Shown: in pieces, positions 47,200-64,000 of the stretch
Layout: the number at the start of each line of letters is the position of its first letter
Position numbering within the stretch: position 1 is the first letter of the stretch
DNA from: the human T2T-CHM13v2.0 reference genome, Homo sapiens
Length of the DNA stretch: 64,000 bases
NCBI RefSeq assembly: GCF_009914755.1
Contig: NC_060930.1
Reading direction: 5' to 3' (one strand)
Made by a program: the position numbers and the translations under genes
The notes under the pieces: generated by a model
What the model was told of the DNA's origin: nothing
The model's database searches: none
The model's input: the letters and a program-made list of their open reading frames with translations, nothing else

Positions 47200-48308
47200 A
47201 ATAAAGTAAATCATATAATTAGTATAGTTTTATTTTATAAGTTAAAATTTGAAAGTCTCTTTTAATGTCAATAAAGGTCTTTGATATAATCAAAATTTCG
47301 CGAGTAGAATTCTGGATGATAGCTCATTATTCTAACTTGAACATCTAATTTGTTTTGCTGTTGTTGTTGTTATTCTGTTTGTAAAGCTTTAAAATTCAAT
47401 TAAGATTGGGTAGTAATAGAATAGACATATAGTAACTGGGGCAAGGAACTGATCATCTGAATCCTGCCAATGAGTAACAAAGTCTATCTAAATGGTGCCA
47501 AGAAAAATATATCCTCAGCTGTCAAATAAATAAAGGAACATTTTGATACCAGCTGATGTTCTAACTTTTATCCTCAGAATAAATCTCTAATGAGCGATGT
47601 TGGATTCTAATGAAAACCTTTGTTTCATTTAACTTCCACTCCCACTCCACACTTACACCAAAATTGCTCTCAAGACGATCACTATCACGGCTTCCTGCCT
47701 TTGGGACACTCTATTCTGATTCTTTCCTTGCTATGCACATACATGCTACATTCCATATTTCCCAGTCATTTCTGCTGAGTCCTCCTTCTCTATTAAGTTT
47801 CTAACATTTAAATTTCCCACCTTTGGATGGGGTATACCCAGGATATTTTTTCAATTAAATTAATGTTTGCTTTCTACATAATTCCTTCATCCAGTATGTG
47901 ATGTTAAATATCACCTCTGAGCAAATGACTTCCACAATTGTGGCTATCCCTGGTGTCTCCCTGGTATCCAACCTCATAATCAAGTTTTATCCAAGGAGGC
48001 AACTTCAACTCAACATGTCAGAAAAAAACCTCTTCATATTTTCATCTTCTATGCTGTTCTCTACCATCTCTGTTCTTCTCTGACTCTTTACACAACACCT
48101 GATCTAGCTGGAGGCTTAAGCACAAACATAGGAGTCATTCTCATTTATTCCTTTTTCTTACCTCTTGGTGACAATCATACTGCAAAGTCCTCTAATTTTA
48201 CCTTCAAAATACATCTCTTACCTATTTATCTCTGCTGATGCCATGCTAGTTCAAGTCACTTCTCTTCTGGACACCTGCAGCTGCTTCATAACTCCTCCAC
48301 TTATTTGC

Positions 48309-48720
48309 TGTCAGGGTCCTGGTAAGAAACAGATGGTACATCACGAGACGAGGGCGTCATTGAAGAATGAACAAGGGATGAGAAAACAGCATCTGGGCTA
48401 GCCCAAGGCCATATGGAGCAAGGAAAGGAAGTAGTTACCGAAATCTGGCATGAGCAGTGACTATAGGAAGTCTCCCCAACCTGGGCCACTGACGGCCTTA
48501 GGTATGGGAGCATGAGGAATGTCAAGCCTCAGCTCAGCAGATATGTTCTTGGGGGGACAAGTTTCCTCAATTTCTTTCTCCTTTCACTCTGTGAATTCTG
48601 CCATTGGCCAAATCCAATGGGAAGAGAGATGGCTAGGGTGTCTGATACTGTCTATAATGATCAGCCTTCCTGGATGGATAAAGGAGGAAAGTAGATTGGG
48701 AAGGCCAGGAATATCCAATA
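48309..48720 (-). mobile_element. LTR33-like ERVL LTR remnant
   Basis: tgtcagggtcctggtaagaaacagatggtaca...ccattggccaaatccaatgggaagagagatggc...tcagccttcc. Confidence 0.55.
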
Positions 48721-48908
48721 TATTCTACCACAATCCTTTTCCTATACATTTAAAAATGCAACTTAAAAAAATACCATTCAGACCTTGTGAATCAAATACT
48801 TAAAACACCTGTTGCAATTAGAATGAAATTAAAAATTTTACCATGCCACCTTGTGTTTCTCTTTCCATTTAAACCTGTTCCTTCTCCCTCTCTTTTCACA
48901 TGCTCGTG

Positions 48909-48909
<1 letters not shown>

Positions 48910-48949
<40 letters not shown>
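48910..48949. repeat. (AC)20 microsatellite
   Basis: Perfect dinucleotide run. Confidence 0.97.
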
Positions 48950-48953
<4 letters not shown>

Positions 48954-49099
48954 TTCCAGCTTCACTGGCCCAGAATGCAGATCTGTGCTGACTAAAAGTC
49001 CTTACACTTACACTTCCTCATGATCAGGATGCTCTTTCCTCCTCTCTAGCAAACCACAAAAAAATAAGTCAACATCTAGAGCAATCAATAGCAATTGAC

Positions 49100-49745
49100 A
49101 TCTATGATGAATAACAAACAAGGCAAGGTGGAAAGGGGCAGAAGTACTTTATTATTTTATATACCGTAGTCAGTGAAGAAGTCTCTAATAAACTGATGTG
49201 TGAGTAGAGACCTAAAAAGGGAGAGAGGGAGACATTCAGGAACACTCAGTGAATAGCATTCAAGGCAGAACAAATATAAAATTTGTGATATGAGAGTAAG
49301 TTTGTCATGTTTGAAAAATAAACTATAGAATGAATGGCTCAGTGGTGGGAGGGACAGCCATAAAAGACACATCAGAGAGGTGGCCAAGGCAAGATCACAC
49401 AGGGCTTTAAAGGCCATTGAAATCATGTTGGCTTTTATTGTGAATGAAATGGGAAGTTATTGGAAGGTTTTTAGTGGGAGAATTATAGGACCTACCTTAA
49501 ATTTTATGCAGATCACTGTCATAGCTGTGTTGAGAATAGGCAACAGGAAGACAGAGATGGTGGCTAGGTGACTGGATAGATGCCCACTGCTGTACCCAGG
49601 CTGGTGAAGACGCTAGCTCAGACAAGAGAGGTCACAAGAAGCACTTGAATTTTAAGTATTTTGAAAGAAGAGCATGCAGGATTTCCTGACGATTGGCTAT
49701 GGAATTTGAAAAAAAAATGTCAAAAATGGCTCCAATGTTTCAGCA
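49100..49745 (-). mobile_element. L2a fragment
   Basis: tgagtagagacctaaa...atagcattcaaggcaga...ggcttttattgtgaatgaaatgggaagttattggaaggttttt...gcaggatttcctgacgattgg. Confidence 0.7.
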
Positions 49746-49952
49746 CCAGATTGCAAATCCTAACATTGCTTTAGTACTTGGTTATATGCTCTTTTATAGA
49801 TTTCAAATTGTTTTATGTGAACAGATATTTATCTCTAATGACATAGCCAGCATCCTGAAAGAGAGGACTCGATGGGGTTAGCCTCAATTGCCTAACACAT
49901 TGTGTGGCACTTTGTAGACACTCTGTAATTACTTGCTAAATGGATGAATGTG

Positions 49953-50313
<361 letters not shown>

Positions 50314-51531
50314 TAGTCCTGACATACTATTCAGGCTCTTAGATTGTGAAGTAACAAAAAACAAACATAACTTTTCAGGTAGTATCCAGAGAAGATATTA
50401 TAATTAGCAGCTCTTTCAGGCTAAGAGAATTTTACAGTAGTAGAAACAGAAGGCTCTAAAAGTGAGTATGACTTTCATTTCTCCTAAAGTATCCAACAAG
50501 TACCAGGCTCAAATAAGTTACTGAATTGTTATTTGCTTGTATTTAAATGAAGTAGTTAGTATTAAGAACTTTAAAAATGTTTTTGACATATATTCCAGTG
50601 AGTTTATTTAAAATATTTTTTCAGCTTCTTTCTGGATCTCTACTTGTGAATCATACTTGATATTGACGTGGTTAAGGTACAACTGATACATATGTCACTC
50701 TGATCTGGTTAACAAAAAAATTGGCATTGTAGGAGAATATAACAGTAGATCAGAAAAAAAAAAGTATTCATAAAAAAAGTCTGGATAGTCTTTGGGGAAC
50801 AAATGATTCAAATATTTTTAATCTAAGCAGGTTCTTATAACCTGTAGTGAAACACATGTATGTATCCAAAATTATTTTGAAAGATTTCTATGCCTACTTT
50901 GAGTTATTAAAAAAATCTACTTTCTACCTGAGGTTATTGAGTGAAGACAACTTGTTAATTGTTGACAGATTTTGTCCCATCTTTTAAAAAACCAGGCTTA
51001 AAAAAACTAGCTTTAAAAGCTACATATATAGTTATATACCTATGTATGTGTATATGTGTGTGTATGATTTTAAAGCTTCATAGTTATATACGTATACATA
51101 AAACATACACATTTATATATTTATATATAAAGAAGGAATATTGTGTTAATGGTTTTATTTTTTACATAATTCATACTTCAGAAATTATGCAGTTGACATT
51201 TAATTTTAGTTATAATTGAGCTGTTTAGACAAACAAAAAACCCTGTTGTGTAAATGAGCTTGAATTTAGTTATGTTGAATAGAAATTAATGATTCATAAT
51301 ACTTTTTTGTTACTCAAAATAACCTCAAGAATTTCAGTATAATAATCACAAGATCCTTGTTATCGAAATTACATATGGAATCATTAGTTATATTGACAAT
51401 AAATGGTAAATAATTTCAATCTTCTTCTTATTATTTTATGACCAATTTTTTTCTGATAATATAATTACAACTAACTTTTGAATTTTTCAGTACACAATAA
51501 CATATTTATCCTTTTTAAAAATTTATTTATT

Positions 51532-51838
<307 letters not shown>

Positions 51839-52099
51839 ATTGCATTTCTTTTCATCATGCAACTGATTGTTTTCAGTGTTATAGAAGTATGAGGGAAATG
51901 TATTTAGTTCGATTCACTGTTTACTATTGATTAAAATCCTGAGATTTAGTGAAGTTACATATTAACTTTGATTTTTATCCTATAGAGATCAGATTATTTC
52001 TGTCTGGTAGAATAAATAATTTCAAAGCTTCTAGTTTATTGCCTTTTGAAATTCATCTAGTTTTTAGATCAGCAATTTTATCTTAATATTGCCTATCAA

Positions 52100-52236
52100 T
52101 ATTGAGCATCTCAAATGCTTTGGGGACCAGTTGTGTGTGTGTGTTTGTGCACGTGTATGAGTGTTAACAACAAAAATTTATTTGAAGGCAGGCAGTAGGT
52201 TAGATTTGGCCACAGGCTGTAGTTTGCCAATCCCTG
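52100..52236. mobile_element. MER58-like MITE end
   Basis: aaaatttatttgaaggcaggcagtaggttagatttggccacaggctgtagtttgccaatccctg. Confidence 0.65.
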
Positions 52237-52752
52237 CGGAATAGCTTTCCATTGGAGCACAAGATTTTTATCAACCATCTGAAAAATAGCTCCCGTTGTC
52301 CAGGTTTTCTCCCCTGCTACCAGGCAGTTAGGGTAGTTTGGCTTTCTCCTAGACATAGGAGCTCAGAACTCAGTCTCTTCAGGGGAAAGACATAGTGACC
52401 GGGGTCCCCATGACTTTTAGACTCCACATCACCAAAGCACTTTGGGACTGATGTCTGTATCTGCTCTTCTCTCCCCATCTCAGCCATACTGAAGGCAGGG
52501 GCATTGTCCAGCTGTTTGGAAATATCTTTAAGTCAGTTTTAACATATTACTACTACTTTATTAAATGAACTGAATAAAATATTTGACATGTTTTTAATTT
52601 GCCTAGGACTCATGATCTTACATATATAAACTTATTCTGTAACAGCATAAAGAAAATCAAACTTTTAATATAAAGAATCTGTAAAATGCATAATCTCATA
52701 TAAAATACACTCCTAACACAATAGCCACTCTTTTCATTTTGACTTTTTTTTC

Positions 52753-53234
52753 TCTATTGGGTTGAATAGTATCCTCCCAACATTCATGCTTACCTGGGAC
52801 TTCAGATAATGACCTTTTTGGAAATAGTATCTTTGCAGATATTAATATATCTTATACATAATATATAAATTATATGTATAATATCAGATATAGTTAAGGA
52901 TTGTGAGATGAAATCATCTTGGATTTAGAGGGGACTGTAAATGTATTCAGTGCTTTACTTATAAAAAGAGGAGAAAACGTAGAGACACAGGGAAGAAGCC
53001 CATGTGTACTTGAAAGATTAAAGTTGTGACACCATAAAACAATGAAAGCAAGGAGCCATCAGATGCTTCAAGAGGCAAGAATGGATCCTCCCCTCACACC
53101 TTCCGAGAGAGCATGGTGCTGCTGAAAGCTTGATTTTGGACTTCTGGCCTTTGGAACTGTGAGAAAATAAATGTCTATTGTTTTCAACTGCTTAGTTTGT
53201 GGTAATTTGTTATGGTAGCTTAAGGAAACTATAC
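52753..53234 (+). mobile_element. MLT1C-like MaLR LTR
   Basis: gacctttttggaaatagtatctttgcagat...ggacttctggcctttggaactgtgagaaaataaat...gtggtaatttgttatggtagc...actataca. Confidence 0.8.
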
Positions 53235-53461
53235 ACTATCATTTTGTCTTTTTATTTTCTATGATTCTCTTTATTGTCACAGTAAAACCTGGGGGCTTTC
53301 TAAATCTGTGAAATAATCCCATGTATTTTAAGACAGTCAACTTTTACATTTAAAATTGACCTCTACCCATTCTCTTCAAATAAGATTTTATGATGTCAAG
53401 CTTATAATTGTAAATTCAGACCTAATTATACAATTTTCTTTTTTATTAAAAAATTAGTTTT

Positions 53462-54746
53462 CATAATAGAGAATCCAAAAATAAAGCCATATACCTACAA
53501 CCATCTGATAAGTTGACAAAAATAAGCGATGCAGAAAGGACTCTCTATTCAGAAAATGATGCTGGGATAGCTGGCTAGCCATATGCAGAAGAGTGAAACT
53601 TGACCCCTATCTTTCATCATATACAAAAATTAAGATGAATTAAAGATGTAAATGTAAGACCTTAAGCAACAAGAATCGTAAAAGAAAACTTAGAAAACAC
53701 CTTGGGAAAGAATTGATGACTGTCTTCAAAAGCAATTGTGACAAAAAAATTGACAAGTGAGACCTAATTGAAGAGTTTCTGCACAGCAAAATAAACTATC
53801 AAGAGAGTAAACAGACAACCTACAGAATGGGAGAAAATATTCTCAAAACATACATCTGAAAAAGGCCTAATATCCAGAATATATAAAGAATAAACAATTA
53901 AGCAAGAAACAACTAACCCCATTAAAAATGGGCAAAAAAACATGAACAGACACTTCTCCAAAGAAAACATACACATGGCCAACAAACATGAAAAGAATGC
54001 TTCACGTTACTATTCATCAGAGAAATGTAAATCAAAACCACAATAAAAGAACATCTCATGCCTGTCAGAATGGCTAATGTTAAAAAGTCAAACATATGCT
54101 GGCAAGGCTTCAGAGAAAAGGGATTGCTCATACACTGTTGGTGGGAACATAAATTAGTTCAGCCACTGTGGAAAGCAGTCTGGAGACTTCTCGATCTGAA
54201 AACCAAACTACCATTTAACTAGCAATCCCATTATTGGGTATATATCTAAAAGAAAACAAATCTTTCTATCAAAAAGACACTTGCAATCACATGTTTATCA
54301 CAGCACTATTCACAATAGCCAAGACATGGAATCGACCTAGGTGCCCATTTTAATGGTGGATTGGATAAAGAAAATGAGGTACATATACACCATGGAATAC
54401 AGCCATCAAAAAGAAAATCATTTCCTTTGCAGCAACGTGGATGTAGGTAGAGGCCATTATCCTAAGCAAATTAAGGTGGGAACAGAAAACCAAATACCAC
54501 ATGTTCTCACTTAAGAGTAGGAGCTAAACATTGGGTAACTGTGGACATGCAGATTGCAACAATAGACACCAGGTACTACTAGAAGAGAGAGGAAGAGGAG
54601 GGCAAGGGTTGAAAAACTATTAAGTACTAGGCACAGTACCTGGGTAACAGGATCATTGATACCCCAAACCTCAGCATCATGCAATATACCCAGGTAACAA
54701 ACCTGCAGTTACCCCCTCAATCTAAAATAAAAGTTAAAAAGTAAAT
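53462..54746 (+). mobile_element. L1PA15/16-like 5'-truncated element
   Basis: ORF2 3' remnants; 3' UTR gggcaagggttgaaaaacta...ccccaaacctcagcatcatgcaatatacccaggtaacaaacctgc; candidate TSD aaaaaattag at 53448-53457 and 54747-54756. Confidence 0.88.
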
Positions 54747-55204
54747 AAAAAATTAGACCTTTTCCAGTAGTAGTGAAAATAGTTTTCTTTAATATCATTT
54801 CCATTATCTGTAAACTAGTCTCTCTTATAAAAAATACTTCAATTTCTTTAACTCTTTTCTTATTTTTGGAAATTTGCATTTTATTTGCTATTATAAGTGT
54901 TGTCATGTACATCAACTTTTGCTTGCCTATTTTCTTAAACGGATATTCAAAGAAATGGAAAATAGTCAAATGTATGAGCATTTTTAAGTCTCTTAATTCA
55001 CGTTGAAAAATGCTGTTTCCTCATACACACCCAAGAGCATTCAGTATTAACATTTTAAATGCCAATTTATTTTGTGAAAAATAAAATTGTATTACTTAAA
55101 TATGCATTTTCTAATTACCAGTAAATTTTAATTTTAAAACATTTATTAGTGATATAATTATTTTTAAAGTTTATCTGCTTCTTGCCCATTTATGATTTGG
55201 AGTC

Positions 55205-55688
55205 TGTATTAGTTTGCTAGGGCTGTCTAACAAACCATTACAGACTGGATAGCCTAAACCGGAGAACTTTGTTGTTTCACAGTTCTGAAGGCTTCAGGTC
55301 TAAGATCAAGTTGTAAGCAGGTTTGGTTCCTTCCCAGGGCCGTGAAAGAAAGATCTGTTCCACACCTCTCTCTCCTAGTTTTCAGAGATTTGCTGGCAAT
55401 CTTTGGTGTTCCTTGGCTTGAAGATACATCACCACCTCCACTCCTCCATCTGTGCCTACGTGTTCACATGGAGTCTTCCTTGTGTACATGTTTGTATCTA
55501 ACTTTCCCTTTTTTTCATAAATGCTCCTGTAACATTGGATTAGGGCATACCCTAATGATCTAATTTTAATTTATTTACTCTGTAAAGATTGTTTTCAAAC
55601 AAGGTCACATTCTCAGTTAATAGGGGTTAGGGCTTCAACATATCTTTTTGTTGGGGGGGCCATGGGAGTGATGATTAAACCCAGAATG
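55205..55688 (-). mobile_element. MLT1C-like MaLR solo LTR
   Basis: tgtattagtttgctagggctg...tcacagttctgaaggc...caaggtcacattctc; 5-bp TSD GAGTC at 55200-55204 and 55689-55693. Confidence 0.85.
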
Positions 55689-56037
55689 GAGTCTGAGTGT
55701 TTTACTTTCCTTTTTAAAATGTTAAAGACATTATAACTTTGTAATATTTTTGCAAATGTATTTTTGCAAAATATCTTTGTAATATTTTTGCAAATACATT
55801 GTCCAGGATTGTTACTTGAATTTTGTAATTTAAAATTGTTTTTTAATTTTTATTATTGCCTCTGCTATCTTGTTTGTATGTATTTTACTCAAAGAATTCT
55901 TATTTTTGTGTGGTCAAATTCATTTATGTTTTCTTGCTTTATCAATTGATCGTTAAGTGGAAAGTTTTATCCTACAGAGATTTAAAAATTAATTCGTTTT
56001 CCCCTCTCTGTTAATAAAAGTATAAGATTTTTTTACA

Positions 56038-60015
<3,978 letters not shown>

Positions 60016-60204
60016 TAATCTGAAACTTATTTGGGATCCTTTTCAAAGATAATTTTCCTAGGCATATTTTCATGTGTTATACTTGAACAAAATCTTAATG
60101 CTCTAAATTTAATATTTTTGCTTCACTCAGTATCAAATACAAGGTTCTTTTCATTATCCTAAATCATAACTCTTTATGTTTCAGCTGATTATATTATATG
60201 ATGT

Positions 60205-60350
60205 CTAATAGGGAAGTTCTGTATCTGTCACCATTTAGGTGTGTGACTTTCAGTAAGACATTTACCTTCTCAGGATTTTGGTTCCATCATTTGTAAAATA
60301 AGAAAAATAAACAGTATTTCCACTGATATCTCTCAAGACCTAAAATTTTA
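60205..60350 (+). mobile_element. MIR remnant
   Basis: tgtgtgactttcagtaagacatttaccttctc...ccatcatttgtaaaataag. Confidence 0.55.
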
Positions 60351-62249
60351 TGATTTTACCTAATGAGTGTCTTGTAAAATAGAAAGGGTGCATTCAAGTA
60401 TAGCCAAACACAGAAATAGGATATTAAATATTATGAAGGGTGATAGACTGAGAGTCATAAGATAGGTTGTCTAATTTCAGCTGTTTTGGTGTACATTTTC
60501 AGGAAAGATATTTATTCCTTTTAGAGCCTCCATTTCTTCCAATTTAAAGTAAATGGAATTATTTAAAATATGGTAATCTAAGCAGGTTAGAAATGTCTTT
60601 GGAAATGTGGAAAAAATAACTTCATAGCATTGAGTGCTTCAGTGATCATTATGGAATGTTTGATGGATAAATGAAACAGATGAACAATAGATGGGAAAAC
60701 ATCTTTCGACACTTTAAGGATTGAGTTCATATTTCAGCAAAGAGCATTGCCAATTTGATTGTACTTTCTCTAGGTTTTCATATTTACTGTAAATATGTTT
60801 CTTCAGCCTTGTGACAAATTGGCCAAATATAAAAAAGAATAAATGAAATCTAGTGGTCAGATTATTTCATGTCTGTCAGAAAAGCTATTACCAATTTTGA
60901 AATTAAAAATTCATAATGCGTAGGTTTCTTCCAGTTACTCAAGGGAAAAGATATAAATACAAATCAGATAAATTATCCAAATGGATGTTCATTCTATTTT
61001 TTTGCCTTGTCACCATTAAAAACAACCTTAAACTTCTTATGTGCTCCTCATTAAAATCCTAACCTTGAGTAGTACCTTCTGTGTGGTTCCAAGGGGAGAA
61101 TCTCAGTGTCATTGCTCTATCAGTGATGTCAGGCAAGTCACCTCCTGTGGTGGAGCTGACTCTTCCCCCTCTTTTTCTCTCATCAAAGGGGTAGTTCAGT
61201 TAAAAGCCCTTAAAATAGAGTAAATATGATCAAGTGGAAGAAAGTTTGGTGCTTATGCTGTATTAGAGTTTCTTCTTTCTCACTTTCTTTTTCCTAGCTC
61301 TGAGATTTTATTTCCAAAATTATTTTTCTTATTTTCATCTACCCATGTGAAGTAATGGGAAGAAGACTGGAAAAACCATGTAATGCCTGTGTTTTTTTAT
61401 TCCTTTGTTTTACCTTGTACATGACCTTTTCCTTAATCAGCATGAGACCCATTGTTTTGTATGGTTAGTGGATTGGGGATAGAAACTAGAATTTATTGCC
61501 GGAAAAATGCAAAAAGAAAGACATAATTCATTTTTAGTTTCAGACACCCAAAATAGGATTTTCAAAACTCCAAGAAAATTGGCTTGGATTCCATGATTGT
61601 ATGAATACAACTTCTCATCTGTTATATCAATAAATAGACTTGAGACAGAATTTTATGTAAGGAAGGTTGTGGTCAAAGAGAAAATAAAATCATGGCTTCA
61701 ATGGATTGAGAAAATAGAAAAACTGGTTAAATGTTGGGATTATCACTATTTGGGCTAAATTATAGGATAATGGTTTCTAAAAACTTATAGATTGTTAAGA
61801 GTGAGTTGAAAAGCACAGTTCTCTGCATTTTCTATGGAAAGCCACAACCTCCAGGCAAAGCCCTGGCTGGGAGTCCTTCCCATCTCTGCAGGAACGTAGT
61901 GGTATTAGAGGAAGGCAGCTCTGCAAGAGACTCTGGAGCACTGCTCCTTCTTCCCCAGGGTTAGTGTGTGGTGCAGATCCCAAAGCACTGCAAACCCCAC
62001 TGATAAATGTAGAGGAGTGCAGAGACGGCTGGTGGGGAAGCAGAGACCTGAGGTTGCAGCAAAGGGAGAAAAACAGCCACAGTATTTAGAAACAAATACT
62101 CTTGCATTAGGGCAAGTTTCTCCCAAAGGCCAGCTGGGGCCATTCACACCAATGCACCCCCAGGAGCTCTGTCACAGAGCATCCTGAAAACACCACAGAC
62201 AGTTGAGGCCTCCACCCCAACTAGAGCTGCAAATTCACATTAGCCAAAT

Positions 62250-63180
62250 CCAGGATGAATTTAGCTTTTGTGTTGCCTGAAACTTAAAGATTTTTGGAGT
62301 ATTTTTAGAAAAATAAGAACATTAGGGGTAAAAAATCAGGAATGAAAATGAACACATTCTGAATGAAAAAACTGATTTACAAAAAAATTAAGTTTCAAAA
62401 GTTGTCAAAAGTCTTTAGAAAATAGAGGGGGAATGGATATAACTAATTATTATAATTAGCTGCCTGATTCAACCCTATATTATATTTTCTCTCTACATTA
62501 TTGGATGCTTACATTTTAATTGCCTCATCATGATTTTGGAATACCCCTCTACAGAGAGAATACAAAAGAAAGTGTCTTTCCTCTGGCAAGGTTAATAGAA
62601 ATTTTTTATGAAATTATCAATTTAAAATTCTTAAACTGTCAGTTTAGGAAAAGTTTCTTTCAGCTTCACAACTTATAATTAGTAATGTCATGTGCATTTT
62701 TACCATTGCTGTCAAGTTTGGAAAGCCCTCTGAAGCTTCTGTCCTATGTGAGCTTTAAAATTTCAGGACATTTCAAGTTTCCTTAAATACTCTTTACACT
62801 GACTACATTATTCCTAGAAGCCTTTCAAGATTGCCAGCAATAATTTAACTTACACAGCAGTGACTGCAAACTACAAAAATATTACTCCAAACTTACACTG
62901 CATATATTCTCAGCTAAATATCCCCATAGGCTAATTGCAGAATTTCCCATGGCCACTCCAGTGCTACTAAACAAAAGGGAGACTATGACAGAGAGGAAAT
63001 CAGAGTGGAAATGGACAGTCATTTTCATTGGTTGAAGTTAATATATATTAATTTTGCAAATTTTATAAAGCTGTTTCAGCTTGTGAATAGATTCCAGATC
63101 CCTGGAAGAGATTCCAGAGTCCCTGCAAAGAGAGATTTCGAGGCTTAAACTTATGTGATTTTCCCAGTCACTCCAGGTCT
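62250..63180 (-). mobile_element. Zaphod/MER115-like hAT-Tip100 deletion derivative
   Basis: Minus-strand 62724-62647 translates to FPNLTAMVKMHMTLLIISCEAERNFS (hAT dimerisation motif); both termini resemble recalled Zaphod/MER115 ends. Confidence 0.7.
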
Positions 63181-64000
63181 GTCTTGGAGAGGAGCCCCCA
63201 AATTTGGAGAGGAGCAAAAGAACAGGGCATTCTGAGAGATCTGAATTATCTAAAAGAGAAACGTTTAAAATACTTCCAATTTATTCTAGTGGACCAGTGT
63301 TACATTGGAATGAATGTGTTCTTTGCTACTTGTTTCCACCACTCTCTCCCTCCTAGCTGCCCCAGAGGTAGAGGATTGGGTGAACATCATATCTGTACAT
63401 TGAAAATAAACAGCTGTGTTTTCTTTGTGCTTCTGAATATAATATGAATAAATGTGGGACTCTATTACACATATTTTGCAAGTTAATATTTACTTTTAAT
63501 GTGATCACAATATTTAGTTGTATTCACACTTTTTGGAATTTTCTGATTTCCTTTTTGTATTTGTTACTATGAGACCTGTAGCATAAAGGCTTTAAATTGC
63601 TATATCAAAATTGCTTGATATAATTCTAATGTGAATGTCAAAGGTTGGTGCCCAATAACACATCAGGAGTGTGATGAGAACTGGATTCCAGGTGCAAAAT
63701 TCTAATAGTTCATTGTCCTTTGCAACTACTCCATCTTCTTTCCTCCCCAGACTCATGAGCAGATCGAGGTAAATTCATGATGTAGACCAAGTTGTTTCTC
63801 CAACTTCTCTTTTTGCTACCCTGAACTTATCTGTGTTGTAGACTTGACAGCTAAGTTAGACTCCAAAATATACAGATGAACTAGTAAAATCACATTGATT
63901 AATCCTAGTAAGTTTTCAAGTTGGGTTGCTGACTTAGCATATTCCCTTCATTATGAACATATAAGGAGGACAGGAGGAGAGGTCAATAGCACTATAGGGA

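Larger units (their letters stand above)
47620..49050 (+). mobile_element. L2 remnant interrupted by an LTR33-like element
   Basis: aacttcaactcaacatgtc...ataggagtcattctc...ttttaccttcaaaatacatctc; probable 3' tip at ~49880-49950. Confidence 0.6.

Noticed and set aside
63180-64000. Possible exon in unique sequence (donor-like GAG/GTAAAT near 63767)
   Set aside because: No convincing open frame or homology; isolated splice-like motifs occur often by chance.

Overview
Primate, most likely human, AT-rich and CpG-poor intergenic or intronic DNA made mostly of decayed transposons: L1 (L1PA2 through L1M), Alu, L2, MIR, MaLR/ERV solo LTRs, a full-length Tigger1 and hAT relics. The only gene-derived feature is a processed pseudogene of CLNS1A (pICln) on the minus strand at about 12.65-14.01 kb. 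From memory this is probably CLNS1AP1 at 6p12, which I could not verify here. Nearly every ORF in the supplied track is an L1 ORF1/ORF2 fragment, an Alu or LTR reading frame, or noise. I found no spliced protein-coding gene, RNA gene or CRISPR array, and no evidence of a new biological system. The notable items are mechanistic: (i) an inverted 39-bp copy with hairpins shared between an LTR47 and the L1 next to it, plus several other fold-back filler scars; (ii) three twin-primed, 5'-inverted L1PA insertions with readable junctions; (iii) a four-level nest, L1MD > L1MA9 > Tigger1 > L1PA2; (iv) a retrocopy whose first ~170 codons stay in frame while its last ~60 carry three frameshifts. Subfamily names come from recalled consensus sequences and need RepeatMasker/Dfam confirmation.
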